Source: Spirochaetia bacterium (GTDB lineage: Bacteria > Spirochaetota > Spirochaetia > SZUA-6 > Bin103). Taken from it: 64,000 nucleotides of DNA. The DNA lies in assembly GCA_965203905.1 (NCBI GenBank), contig CBDBDQ010000005.1:128001-192000 (forward strand), read 5' to 3'. Shown in pieces: positions 18,524 through 28,148 of this stretch (positions are counted from its first letter, which is position 1; every line of letters begins with the position of its first letter). The position numbers were made by a program, and so were the translations under genes. Below the pieces are notes generated by a model that was given only the letters and a program-made list of their open reading frames with translations, ran no database searches and was not told the DNA's origin.

Positions 18524-19951
18524 CTAGCTCCCTTGATCGAGGGCGTGCCACAGGTGGTCCGCGGTATCGCCCCAGAGTTCGCGCCACTCCCGCAGCCGCG
18601 TGCGCAGACGCTGCAGGGTGTCCTTGTGAACTGCCTCGTGCGCCAGGTTACGCAGCTCGCGCGGGTCGCCGGCGTGGTCGAAGAGCTGGGTGTGGCGCTC
18701 CTCCCCGACCACGTACTCGATGAGCTTGAAGCGCCCGTCGGTCACCGCCCGATGCAGATCCTGGTAGGCGAAGTGCAGGTGGTCGCGCACCGCGACGCCG
18801 GGATCCTCCAACGCCGGAATCAGGCTGCGGCCCTCCACCGACTCCGGCACGGCCACGCCGAGCAACTCGCACAGGGTAGGATAGATGTCGAGCAGGTAAC
18901 ACAGGGTAGCACGTCGCGCACCGCGCGGAATCCCCGGTCCCGCCATCAGCAGCGGCACGTGCACGCTGTGATCGTAGGTGCTCTGCTTGCCCATCAGCCC
19001 GTGCTGTCCCAGCGCCAGTCCGTTGTCGCCGGCAAACACGATGATGGTGTTGTCCAACTCGCCGGTAGCGCGCAGGGCGTCGATCACCCGCCCCATCTCG
19101 GCGTCCAGATGGCTGATCATGGCGTAGTACTCGGCGAGGTGGCGGCGGATGGCGGCCGGGGTGCGCGGATAGCTCTCCAGCAGCTCGTCACGCCCGCGCC
19201 AGCCGATGTCGAACGGGTGGTCGGGCAGGTAGGCCTCCGGCAACGGAACGCGGTCCGGGTCGTACATCGTGAGAAACCGCTGCGGCATGGTGCGGGGATC
19301 GTGCGGTGCCATGAACGACAGGTAGGCGAAGAACGGCCGGCAACCCTCGCCGCCGGCGCGGGCACGGGCGCCGGAGCCCGCCCGCCGCAGCAGGAACTGG
19401 ATGGTGGCGTCGGCAAAGAGCTGCGAGGAATGGGTGCCGGCGGCGACGTGATCGTAGCTCTTGGGGTTCATCTGCACCGTGCCGGTGCCGGGATCGAACG
19501 GATGCGGGCGCGGCTCCGGGTAGGCACCGCCGGGGTCGAAGCGGCACACCGGCACGTTCCAATGGTCGTCCATGCCGCCGAAGAAGATCTGGTCGCCGTG
19601 ATTGAAGCAGCGCGCGTAGGAGGCGCTGCCGTTGTGCCACTTGCCGGTGCCGAACGTGTCGTAGCCGGCGCCCCGCAGCAGTTCCGGCAGCATCACGTGC
19701 TGCTCCGGGATTGCGGCACCCGAGTCCTGCAGGTGGAACAAGGTGCGGCCGGTCATCAGCATGGCGCGGCTCGGCATGCACACCGCCGCCACGGTGCCAC
19801 CCATGATGTGGGCACGGGTGAAGGCGGTGCCCTCGCGCACCAGCCAGTCCAGGTTGGGGGTGTGGATGTCGGGATTGCCGAGCGCACGGATGGTGTCGAA
19901 GCGCTGATCGTCGGCAAAGAAGAACAGGACGTTGGGGCGGGCGGCGGGCAT
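18524..19951 (-). CDS. Formylglycine-dependent sulfatase (choline-sulfatase-like)
   Basis: RPNVLFFFADDQR, CMPSRAMLMTG, GKWH, PHDP, DNG, GKQ. Confidence 0.93.
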   Translation of the reverse strand: MPAARPNVLFFFADDQRFDTIRALGNPDIHTPNLDWLVREGTAFTRAHIMGGTVAAVCMPSRAMLMTGRTLFHLQDSGAAIPEQHVMLPELLRGAGYDTFGTGKWHNGSASYARCFNHGDQIFFGGMDDHWNVPVCRFDPGGAYPEPRPHPFDPGTGTVQMNPKSYDHVAAGTHSSQLFADATIQFLLRRAGSGARARAGGEGCRPFFAYLSFMAPHDPRTMPQRFLTMYDPDRVPLPEAYLPDHPFDIGWRGRDELLESYPRTPAAIRRHLAEYYAMISHLDAEMGRVIDALRATGELDNTIIVFAGDNGLALGQHGLMGKQSTYDHSVHVPLLMAGPGIPRGARRATLCYLLDIYPTLCELLGVAVPESVEGRSLIPALEDPGVAVRDHLHFAYQDLHRAVTDGRFKLIEYVVGEERHTQLFDHAGDPRELRNLAHEAVHKDTLQRLRTRLREWRELWGDTADHLWHALDQGS

Positions 19952-19961
19952 CGCGGGGACT

Positions 19962-21620
19962 CTACGCGGAAGCCGGCGGTGCCGGCCAGGTGGAACGCAA
20001 CCGCGAGACGCGGGCCTTCCGCAGCACGGCGCTGCCACCGGCAGCGACGAAGTGCACCTCGCGCTGCGCCGGCATCGTCACGCCGCCGGCGGCCAGCATG
20101 ACCGGTGCCCTTGCGCCGGCGCCAGCGCCGCCGGGAGCGGCGAACAGCTCCACCGAGGCACGGTCGGCGAACACCCGGAACCTGACCTGGTCCAGACCGG
20201 GTGCCAACTGACCCGCGTGGGAGCCGTTGAACACGGTGCCGCTGCGCCGGTCGTACCACACCGACACGCCGCGGACCGCCATGCCGGCGGCCTCGGCGCC
20301 GGTCAGCTCGATGGTGGCCTCGACGTCCAACAGCTCACCGGTCAACTCCGCGGCATCGCCTGCCCCGGGGTGCAGCGGGTGGTCGGCGACCTCCCACGTC
20401 GACTCGCGCAGCGTCTCCAGTTCGCGCACCGGGGCGGTGACCAGCGCCGGCGGCGCGGAAGCCGAATCGGCCACACGCTGCAGGTGCAGCGTGTGCGGCA
20501 CGCTCATGAACTGCGAGAACGGCATGCCCGGCAGGGACTGGCGCATCCAGCCGATCATGATGCGGCGTCCGTCCGCGGCGGGGATGTCGCTGAAGGTCTG
20601 CGCCGCATAATGCTGCCCCGAGGGCTGCAGGCGGCGCGGCCCGCCCTGCGGTGTGAACGTGCGGCCGTCGAAGTCGCCCACCAGGTAGGTGGTGTTGGCT
20701 CCCCAGAACACCCAGCGCTCCTCGCCGGGGTCGCCGTCCACCGCCAGCGGAAAGAAGTCGGGCACCTCCGTACAGCCCGGCAGGTCGAGATCGCAAGTGC
20801 GTTCCCAATCGATCAGGTTGGGCGAGGCGAACAGGGCGTAGGCGGTGCGTTCCAGGTACAGCGCCATGACCCAGCGCTCGCTCTGCGGATGCCAGATCAC
20901 CTTGGGGTCGCGGTTCTTGCCGGCCTGGTGCGGGAGCACGGGATTGCCGTCGTACTTGTGCCAGGTGGCGCCGCCGTCGGCGCTGAACGCCAGGCACTGG
21001 GTGTATGCGGCAGGCGGCCGGGCCCACTCGCCGGCGGCGGTGTAGAGGAGCGCGATAGGCGGCTGCGAGCCATTGCCCAGTCCGGAGGTGTTGAGGTGGT
21101 CCACCACGGCGCAGCCGGTGAACATGGTCCCGAGGGCGTCGGGGTAGAGGGCCACCGGTCGTTCCGTCCAGTGCACCAGGTCCCGGCTGACGGCATGGCC
21201 CCAGTGCATGTTGCCCCACTCGGTGCCGTAGGGGTTGTGCTGATAGAACAGGTGATAGATCCCGTCGTGCCAGACCAGGCCATTGGGATCGTTGAGCCAG
21301 CCGCGGCGCGACGAAAAGTGGAACTGCGGACGCAGCGGTTCACGGTACAGCTCGGCCGAGCCCGGCGGCTGCGCCGCGCAACGTACGCCATCCAGGGCGG
21401 CAGCGCCCTCGTACTCCAGTTCCACGCTCGCTCCCGTGGCCGTCGCGGCGCCGAGATCGGTGAACGCCTCGTAGTCGGCATGCGCCGCGTCGCCCAGCTC
21501 GATGTCGAACTCGCGGACTCCCAGCCCCGGCGCGCGCAGGCGCATGCGCCCGGCGACGGGGCCCCGGCGTACCGGGAGGATCAGGTAGCGGCCACTGGCC
21601 GGCAGTTGCAGATGTTTCAT
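19962..21620 (-). CDS. Glycoside hydrolase family 32 (levanase/fructosidase)
   Basis: WLNDPNG, WGHAVS, RDPKV, EVP (variant of ECP), YAAQT. Confidence 0.93.
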   Translation of the reverse strand: MKHLQLPASGRYLILPVRRGPVAGRMRLRAPGLGVREFDIELGDAAHADYEAFTDLGAATATGASVELEYEGAAALDGVRCAAQPPGSAELYREPLRPQFHFSSRRGWLNDPNGLVWHDGIYHLFYQHNPYGTEWGNMHWGHAVSRDLVHWTERPVALYPDALGTMFTGCAVVDHLNTSGLGNGSQPPIALLYTAAGEWARPPAAYTQCLAFSADGGATWHKYDGNPVLPHQAGKNRDPKVIWHPQSERWVMALYLERTAYALFASPNLIDWERTCDLDLPGCTEVPDFFPLAVDGDPGEERWVFWGANTTYLVGDFDGRTFTPQGGPRRLQPSGQHYAAQTFSDIPAADGRRIMIGWMRQSLPGMPFSQFMSVPHTLHLQRVADSASAPPALVTAPVRELETLRESTWEVADHPLHPGAGDAAELTGELLDVEATIELTGAEAAGMAVRGVSVWYDRRSGTVFNGSHAGQLAPGLDQVRFRVFADRASVELFAAPGGAGAGARAPVMLAAGGVTMPAQREVHFVAAGGSAVLRKARVSRLRSTWPAPPASA

Positions 21621-22231
21621 GATGAGGCCTCCTCGCGGATCGTCACCTCGCCCATCACGCTGACGCCGGCGAGGGTGACCTGGTGGCTGCTGAACCGGGA
21701 CCGGGTGGCCCGCTTGACCTTCCACGGGCGCACCGAGACCTCGCTCAGCAGGTTCCACAGCGTACGGTTGACCTGGGTGCCGTAGGGAACCGCGACCTGG
21801 AGCTCGCCCATGACGTTGTAGACCCGCAGCTCGTACACCCCGGGCGGCGCGTCGCTGAGGTCGATGCGGGTCGCACCCATGACGTTGATCACCTGCCGCG
21901 GCAGGTCCTGCACGCTCTCTACGTCGAGATCGCGCTCCCCCATCACCGTGACGGAAGTGCCGGCCCCGGTGACCGGCGGACCGGAAGCTTCGCTCGGCGC
22001 CACCTGGCGGGCGTCCGGGAAGTCAGCCACCAGCGCCTCCAGTTGGCCGATGCTGCTGGCGTGCTCGGCGGCGCGCACGCGGCGTTCATACTCGGCCAGC
22101 TCCAGGTTGTCGTCCGCGTAGGCGTCGGCCAGGCGCTGCAGGATCCGGCGCCGCAGCCTGGGCACGCCATACTCGGACGGCAGATGTTCGTCGTCCGGCG
22201 CGGCGGCCGGTGGCGGTCGGTCATGCGCCAT
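21617..22231 (-). CDS. DUF1707 (SHOCT-like) domain plus LiaF-like beta-solenoid protein
   Basis: LADAYADDNL.L.EYERR...L..LVADFP, followed by repeated (N/S)VMG motifs; SD GGAGG. Confidence 0.8.
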   Translation of the reverse strand: MAHDRPPPAAAPDDEHLPSEYGVPRLRRRILQRLADAYADDNLELAEYERRVRAAEHASSIGQLEALVADFPDARQVAPSEASGPPVTGAGTSVTVMGERDLDVESVQDLPRQVINVMGATRIDLSDAPPGVYELRVYNVMGELQVAVPYGTQVNRTLWNLLSEVSVRPWKVKRATRSRFSSHQVTLAGVSVMGEVTIREEASS

Positions 22232-22338
22232 CTCCACCTCCCGTGCTCCAGTGTACCGATGCGGGCCACCCGTGCCGACCGCTGGCCGCGTGCGCCTCGG
22301 AACCATCTGCGCCGGCGTCCGGCGGTCCGCCCGGCCGA

Positions 22339-25300
22339 TCAGTCGAGCGGTTGGCGCAACAGCGCCAGCAGTTCCTCGGGGTCGAGCCGCGCCGGTGTGT
22401 CGCCCGCCTCCAGCAGGCGCTCCGCGAGGTCGCGCTTGCGGTGATGCAGATCGACAATCTGCTCCTCGATGGTGCCCTTGGTGACCAGGCGGTAGATGGT
22501 CACCGGGCGCGTCTGGCCGATGCGGTGGGCGCGATCCGAAGCCTGATCTTCCACCGCCGGGTTCCACCACGGGTCCATGTGAATGACGTAGTCGGCGGCG
22601 GTCAGGTTGAGCCCCACGCCGCCGGCCGTCAGCGAAATCAGGAACACGTCGCCCCGTCCCACCTGAAAGGCCGCGATGCGCTCGCGGCGTGCGGTGATGG
22701 AAGTGGCTCCGTCGAGATACTGGTAGCCGATCCCGGCCTCCTTCAGGTACGCCTCGATCAGCTTCAGATGGCCCACGAACTGCGAGAACACCAGCACCTT
22801 GTGGCGGCCGGCCAGCAGCTCGGCGAGGGTATCCCCGAACACGGCGAGCTTGGAGCTCGGCGGCGCCGTGGGCGGGTGCACCAGCGCGGGGTTGCAGCAG
22901 GCGCGACGCAGCCGCGTCAGGTGGGCGAGGATCTCGAATCGATCGGACCCGGGCGCGCCGGCGGCCAGCGCTTCCAGGTCCTCCACCGCGCGCCGGCGCA
23001 ACGCTTCGTAGAACGCCGCCTCGGCCGGCGACATCTCCACGTGCAACGTGATCTCGGTACGCGCCGGCAGGTCGTCCAGCACCTCCGTCTTCAGGCGGCG
23101 CAGGATGAACGGCGCCAGCAGGCGCCGCAACCGCTCCCGCACCGCGTCGTCGCGCCGTTCTTCGATGCTGGTTGCGAAGTTGCGCCGAAACTGTTTCAGC
23201 GACCCGAGGAGGCCGGGGTTGATGAAGCTGAACAGCGAATACAGGTCGGTCACGGCGTTCTGGACCGGCGTCCCCGTGGTCACCAGCCGGAAGGGAGCGG
23301 CGAGCGCGCGGGCGGCGCGGGCGCGCTTGGTGGCCGGATTCTTGATCGCCTGCGCCTCGTCGAGCACCGCGCTGTGCCAGGCGACGGCGGCGAGCCGTTC
23401 CGCGTCGCGGTGCAACAGGGCGTAGGTGGTGATCACCAGGTCGAACGGGCCGAGATCGTCGAGCAGGGAGGAACGGCCGGGGCCGGTGTAGGCGGACGCG
23501 TTCAGGGTGGGTGCAAACCGGCGTGCCTCGTCGAGCCAGTTGGCCACCACGGAAGTCGGCACCACCACCAGGGCCGGCCCGGCGGGAGCACGCTCCAGCA
23601 GCAGCGCCAGTACCTGCACCGTCTTGCCAAGCCCCATGTCATCCGCCAGACAGGCGCCCGCTCCCCAGCGGCTCAGGCGCGCCAGCCAGGCGAACCCCGC
23701 CCGCTGGTAGGGGCGCAGCTCGGCCTGCAGGGTGCTCGGCACCACCGGCTCGAACTCTTGCGCGTCCCGCAGCCGCCGCTGCAGCGCGCGCCACTGGCGG
23801 TCCGCGTCGAGCCGAGTCTGCTCGACGAACTCGTTCAGAGCGAGCGCTGCCACGGGTGGCACCCGCACCGCTCCCCGCGGCGCCGGGGACGACACGCTGC
23901 GCAGGTCGTCCAGTTGGCGGCGGAACGACGCGGTCAGGGAGAGGAACTGGCCCGCCCCGAGCTCCAGGAAGCGCGCACCGGGTTTGGCGTCCAGCAGCGC
24001 GAACAACTGTTTCAGATCGAGTGCACGCTGCTGATCGATGCGCAGTTCGCCGGAGGCGTACAGCCACTCGGCAGCGGTCTTGATCTGCAGCCTGAGCTGG
24101 CCGGTCGCGGCGCGCGCCACGATCTTGAACCGCTCTCCCTGCGGCCACAGGCAGCGCGCATCTGCCGCCTCCAGTTGCTCCAGCAGCTCGAGTGCGGCAG
24201 TCGGATCGGGAAACTCGGCCGACCACTGTCCCGGACCAACGCCGGAGAGCTCCGAGCAGGCCGCCGCCAGACGCCCGGCAGCCGTCAACTCGGCGCCGAG
24301 GTCGCGTTGCGCCTGTACCGTTTCACCACCAAGCTGGCCGAACACCAGGGTGCCCCCCACGCCGGGAGCGAACCTGGTCTCGGAGCCCGCGACCGGCTCG
24401 ACCACCAGTTCCGCGGTCAGTCCGGTTCGGTGCGGCTCCAGCCGCACGCGCGGCTCCGGATCCGCCTCGATGCGGCGCGCGGAGCGCGCTCCGCCCTCGA
24501 CCCCACCGTGAACGCGCACCTCCGACGCCAGCGCGGAGACCGCCTCCAACAGGCGTGGCCGGGCGCTTGCCGGCAACTCCAGTCCTCCCGGCGGGACAAT
24601 CTCCAGCAAGCGCCGGTGAGCGGGCGTGAAGCGCATCACCTCGCAGCGCCGCGCGTCCGCCATGCGCACGTAGTAGTGCTCCTCCTCCCAGTCGTCAGGA
24701 ACGACGGCGGCGCGAATGCCGCCGGGGTGTTGCTCGATGACCAGCTCCGGCTCGTCCCGCACCACTTCGACGCTGTCGCCGGCCTGGTTGAAAACGTGCG
24801 GATGGCCGGCAAGCTCGAACAGCAGCGGGGCGGGCGAAAAATAGTGCCCCGCGCGCAGGCCCTGCTGTTTGATCAGCGCCGCTACGGCGCGGTCCTGGGC
24901 CTGCGCCAACTCCTCCGTCTCGGCGGCGGCGAGCCACTGCAAGGACCGGGAGCGGCCCTTCGACCAGGTGCCGTTGCGATAGCCGCGCTGTTCCCGCGGG
25001 GTCACGCTGACCTGACCGCCTTCGACCGCCAGATCCCAGACCAGCCGGCTGCGGCCGCCGGAAACCGGCCGCGCGGCCGCCGGCCGCCGCTTGTTGCGGG
25101 TCTCGAAAGCGAACTGCTCCAGCGCCTTGAGGGAGAACTCCCAGCCGGGCACCGTGGCGGGCACCAGGGTGGTCAACGTCTGCGTACCGAGCTGGCGGTG
25201 CATCGCCGCGGCCTGCCGCGCGGCCGCCGGAGCCGCGCGGCCGCCGGCTGCCAGCTTGGGACCGGCGCAGCCGATAATGGCGAGACACTCGGCCAGCAGC

Positions 25301-26541
25301 CAGGCGAAACCGTGGGCCGTGAGCCGCTCCACGTAACTGCTGAACGCGGCCGGTGCCGCGGGCGGCAGGAGGGACCGGGCAGGCTGCTCCCAGCAGTAGG
25401 CCCAACCGTTGAGCAGCGCGCCCAGGTGCGGCTCGATTTCGATCTCCCGCCGGGGAGAGTACCCGGCACGCAGTTCGGCGGCACAGGCGACGGTATCGAC
25501 GATCGCCGGGTCCAGGCTCAGGCGCCGGGCGGTAGTCAGGAGTCCCTGGAGCAGGCTTCTGGTGGCCGGCGTATCGCTGCGCACGAGGGACAGCAGGGAG
25601 AGGGCGAACGGTGCCGACTGCGGAAACACGGCGCGCTTCCTGGTGCCCGCCTTCTGCGCGGCGATGGCTTCCTCTATCGAGCGCAGCGCCAGGTCGTCGT
25701 CGCCACGCAGGGTCGCAACCAGGGCGCGCACGGCGGCGCGGTCGATGCGGATCGGCTTCGCGTCCTGCAGGTCGTCGGGGAGCTCCCCGAAGATCGCCTC
25801 CGCGACTTCCAGCCGCCCCTGCAGAATGCGGATCAGGGCGATATCCACTGCAAACCGGGCGAGACCAGGGCCGGGGGTGAGCTCGCGGCAGGCTGCGACG
25901 ATCGGATCGGGGAACGTGGCGAAGTTGATCACCGCGTTGAGGCATGCTGCGAGCGCAGGTTCCCGGTGCTGCCCGGGCAGGGTGGCCAACAGTTCCGCCG
26001 CCCCCGGCCGGGCCAGAAACGTCCAGCTCTGCGGAGCGACCTGTTCGGGCAGGAGATCGAAGTGGCCGGCAACGGTAGCGAAACGCAACTCCGCCAGCTC
26101 GCGTCGCGATGGCCGCTCCCAGTAGTGCGGATAGTAGGAGGGCGGCTGCTCCTCGCAGGCCGCCCAGAGCCGCTCCAGCAGGTCCTGGCGATGCGCCTCC
26201 ATGGTCAGCCACGACATCCAGTCCGGGACGGCCGTGACCTGGGAACTGAAGCCGGACTCGGTCAGGAGTCCGCGCCGCTTCAGTCCCTCGCAGGCGTCCT
26301 CCACGGCCGCGACCGTGAGCGGCCGCCGCCCCTGCCCCAACTCGGCGCTGCGCAGCATGCGGGCCAGTTGCCTGGGCTCGTAGGGGACGGGGCTCACGAC
26401 GCCGCAGATCAGCGCCGTAAGCCGTTCTTCCGGCGACAGGGCCCGGAACGCAGCCTGCAGGTCGGGCGGATCAGGTTTCGGAAAGTTCAACACCACACCG
26501 GGTAACGGCACACGCCGACGAAGGCTGGAACCTCGCACCAC
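22339..26541 (-). CDS. SNF2-family helicase/ATPase with large N-terminal extension
   Basis: LRPYQ, LADDMGLGKT, DEAQ, TGTP, LRRLK, VLVFSQF, GLNLTAAD, DPWWNP, QASDRAHRIGQ; start codon uncertain. Confidence 0.93.
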   Translation of the reverse strand: MVRGSSLRRRVPLPGVVLNFPKPDPPDLQAAFRALSPEERLTALICGVVSPVPYEPRQLARMLRSAELGQGRRPLTVAAVEDACEGLKRRGLLTESGFSSQVTAVPDWMSWLTMEAHRQDLLERLWAACEEQPPSYYPHYWERPSRRELAELRFATVAGHFDLLPEQVAPQSWTFLARPGAAELLATLPGQHREPALAACLNAVINFATFPDPIVAACRELTPGPGLARFAVDIALIRILQGRLEVAEAIFGELPDDLQDAKPIRIDRAAVRALVATLRGDDDLALRSIEEAIAAQKAGTRKRAVFPQSAPFALSLLSLVRSDTPATRSLLQGLLTTARRLSLDPAIVDTVACAAELRAGYSPRREIEIEPHLGALLNGWAYCWEQPARSLLPPAAPAAFSSYVERLTAHGFAWLLAECLAIIGCAGPKLAAGGRAAPAAARQAAAMHRQLGTQTLTTLVPATVPGWEFSLKALEQFAFETRNKRRPAAARPVSGGRSRLVWDLAVEGGQVSVTPREQRGYRNGTWSKGRSRSLQWLAAAETEELAQAQDRAVAALIKQQGLRAGHYFSPAPLLFELAGHPHVFNQAGDSVEVVRDEPELVIEQHPGGIRAAVVPDDWEEEHYYVRMADARRCEVMRFTPAHRRLLEIVPPGGLELPASARPRLLEAVSALASEVRVHGGVEGGARSARRIEADPEPRVRLEPHRTGLTAELVVEPVAGSETRFAPGVGGTLVFGQLGGETVQAQRDLGAELTAAGRLAAACSELSGVGPGQWSAEFPDPTAALELLEQLEAADARCLWPQGERFKIVARAATGQLRLQIKTAAEWLYASGELRIDQQRALDLKQLFALLDAKPGARFLELGAGQFLSLTASFRRQLDDLRSVSSPAPRGAVRVPPVAALALNEFVEQTRLDADRQWRALQRRLRDAQEFEPVVPSTLQAELRPYQRAGFAWLARLSRWGAGACLADDMGLGKTVQVLALLLERAPAGPALVVVPTSVVANWLDEARRFAPTLNASAYTGPGRSSLLDDLGPFDLVITTYALLHRDAERLAAVAWHSAVLDEAQAIKNPATKRARAARALAAPFRLVTTGTPVQNAVTDLYSLFSFINPGLLGSLKQFRRNFATSIEERRDDAVRERLRRLLAPFILRRLKTEVLDDLPARTEITLHVEMSPAEAAFYEALRRRAVEDLEALAAGAPGSDRFEILAHLTRLRRACCNPALVHPPTAPPSSKLAVFGDTLAELLAGRHKVLVFSQFVGHLKLIEAYLKEAGIGYQYLDGATSITARRERIAAFQVGRGDVFLISLTAGGVGLNLTAADYVIHMDPWWNPAVEDQASDRAHRIGQTRPVTIYRLVTKGTIEEQIVDLHHRKRDLAERLLEAGDTPARLDPEELLALLRQPLD

Positions 26542-26656
26542 TCGACGGCCGACGCGCTGTCGGCGTCATTATACCGCCTGGCGGCGCGCCACTGGGCACG
26601 GTGCCGTCCCCGTCGCCGGTTGGCGCGGGTGCGCGCGATGCGGTATTAGTGGACCA

Positions 26657-27757
26657 GTGAGTCGCCTGCGACGAACTCCCCTACACGCGGCGCACGAACG
26701 CCTCGGTGCGCGCATGGTGCCGTTCGCCGGTTGGAGCATGCCGGTTCAGTACACCGGGATCATCGCCGAGCACCGCACCGTCCGCAGCGCCGCCGGCCTG
26801 TTCGACGTCTGCCACATGGGCGAGCTGGACTGCACCGGCCCGGCAGCCGCCGCCTGCGTTGCGCGGCTTACCTGCGTGGCGGTGGAACGACTCGCGGCAG
26901 GTCAGGCGCGCTATGCGATGATCCTCAACCAGGCGGGCGGCATCATCGACGACGTGATCGTGTACCGGCTGGACGACCAGCGGTACCGGATCGTGATCAA
27001 CGCCGCCAACGCCGCCGCGGTGGCCGATCACGCGCGAACGGTTGCCGCCGGCACCGCCGCCGAACTCCGCGACTCCAGCGCCGAACTGGGCCTGCTGGCG
27101 ATCCAGGGACCGCGCGCCGTGGACATTGTGCAGCGCATGGCGGACATCGATGCGGCCGCGGTCGGCCGCTACCGCTGCCGGAGCGCCGAGGTAGCCGGAG
27201 TGGCAGTGCTGCTGGCGCGTACCGGGTACACCGGCGAGGACGGCTTCGAGTTGTTCGTCGCGGCCGAGGAGGCGGAGAAGCTGTGGTCGCGCCTGCTCGA
27301 AGCGGGCGCCGCTGTCGGCCTGGTACCCGCCGGACTCGGGGCGCGCGATACGCTGCGGCTGGAGGCGGCGTTGCCCCTCTACGGCAACGAACTGAGCCGC
27401 CAGGTCTCCCCCTTGGAGGTGGGCCTCGGACGCTTCGTAGCCAAGACGGGCCGCTACATCGGAGCGGCGGCGATCCGCCGGCAGCGCGCGGAGGGAGTGC
27501 CACGCGCGCTGGCCCATCTGCAGTTGCACGGTCGTGCCGTGGCGCGCGCCGGCTGTGCCGTCACCACCGCGGAGGGCGAGCCGGTCGGCGGCGTAACCAG
27601 CGGCAGCTATGGGCCATGGCTGGAACGCAGCTTGGCAATGGGGCTGGTTGCACGGCAGCATGCGACGGTCGGCGGCGAACTGGCGGTGGTGATTCGCGAC
27701 CGCCCGCACGCCGCCACCGTGGTCCGGCGGCCATTCTATCAGCGGGAGGGCGGATGA
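26657..27757 (+). CDS. gcvT: Glycine cleavage aminomethyltransferase T
   Basis: FAGWSMPVQY, FDVCHMG, RTGYTGEDGFE, GLGARDTLRLEA. Confidence 0.97.
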   Translation: MSRLRRTPLHAAHERLGARMVPFAGWSMPVQYTGIIAEHRTVRSAAGLFDVCHMGELDCTGPAAAACVARLTCVAVERLAAGQARYAMILNQAGGIIDDVIVYRLDDQRYRIVINAANAAAVADHARTVAAGTAAELRDSSAELGLLAIQGPRAVDIVQRMADIDAAAVGRYRCRSAEVAGVAVLLARTGYTGEDGFELFVAAEEAEKLWSRLLEAGAAVGLVPAGLGARDTLRLEAALPLYGNELSRQVSPLEVGLGRFVAKTGRYIGAAAIRRQRAEGVPRALAHLQLHGRAVARAGCAVTTAEGEPVGGVTSGSYGPWLERSLAMGLVARQHATVGGELAVVIRDRPHAATVVRRPFYQREGG

Positions 27758-28137
27758 ACATTCCGGAACAGTTGCGTTACACGGCCGAACACGAGTGGGT
27801 GCGCGACGAGCAGGACAGCACGGTTACCATCGGCATCACCGACCACGCCCAGGCCGAGCTCGGCGATATCGTATACGTGGAGTTGCCGGCGGTGGGGGCC
27901 GAGATCACCCAGGGTGACTCCTTCGGTGTGATCGAGAGCGTCAAGGCGGCCAGCGACCTGTTTGCGCCGGTCAGCGGCACCGTAACCGCGGTGAACGGCG
28001 ACCTGGAGTCCGCGCCGCAGCAGGTCAACGAAGACCCCTACGGCGCGGGCTGGCTGATCAAGGTGCAACCCAGCCGCCTCGCCGCCGAGCGCGCCGCGCT
28101 GCTCGATGGTGCCGGCTACCGCCAGCTCCTGCCGTAA
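27754..28137 (+). CDS. gcvH: Glycine cleavage H protein
   Basis: HEWV, GITDHAQ.ELGD, lipoyl-lysine motif ESVKAASD, NEDPYG.GW. Confidence 0.97.
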   Translation: MNIPEQLRYTAEHEWVRDEQDSTVTIGITDHAQAELGDIVYVELPAVGAEITQGDSFGVIESVKAASDLFAPVSGTVTAVNGDLESAPQQVNEDPYGAGWLIKVQPSRLAAERAALLDGAGYRQLLP

Positions 28138-28148
28138 ACGGGTGCCGG

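Noticed and set aside
19353-19374. Second copy of the APRAGA palindrome in the sulfatase
   Set aside because: Only loosely similar and easily produced by chance in GC-rich DNA; mentioned but not called as a feature.
22210-26505. 1431-aa plus-strand ORF
   Set aside because: Antisense shadow of the SNF2 gene; such open frames are common in high-GC DNA and it has no recognisable motifs.
26542-26656. Glycine riboswitch upstream of gcvT
   Set aside because: No GGAGA...CCGAAG...CTCTCAGG pattern, and the space is short.
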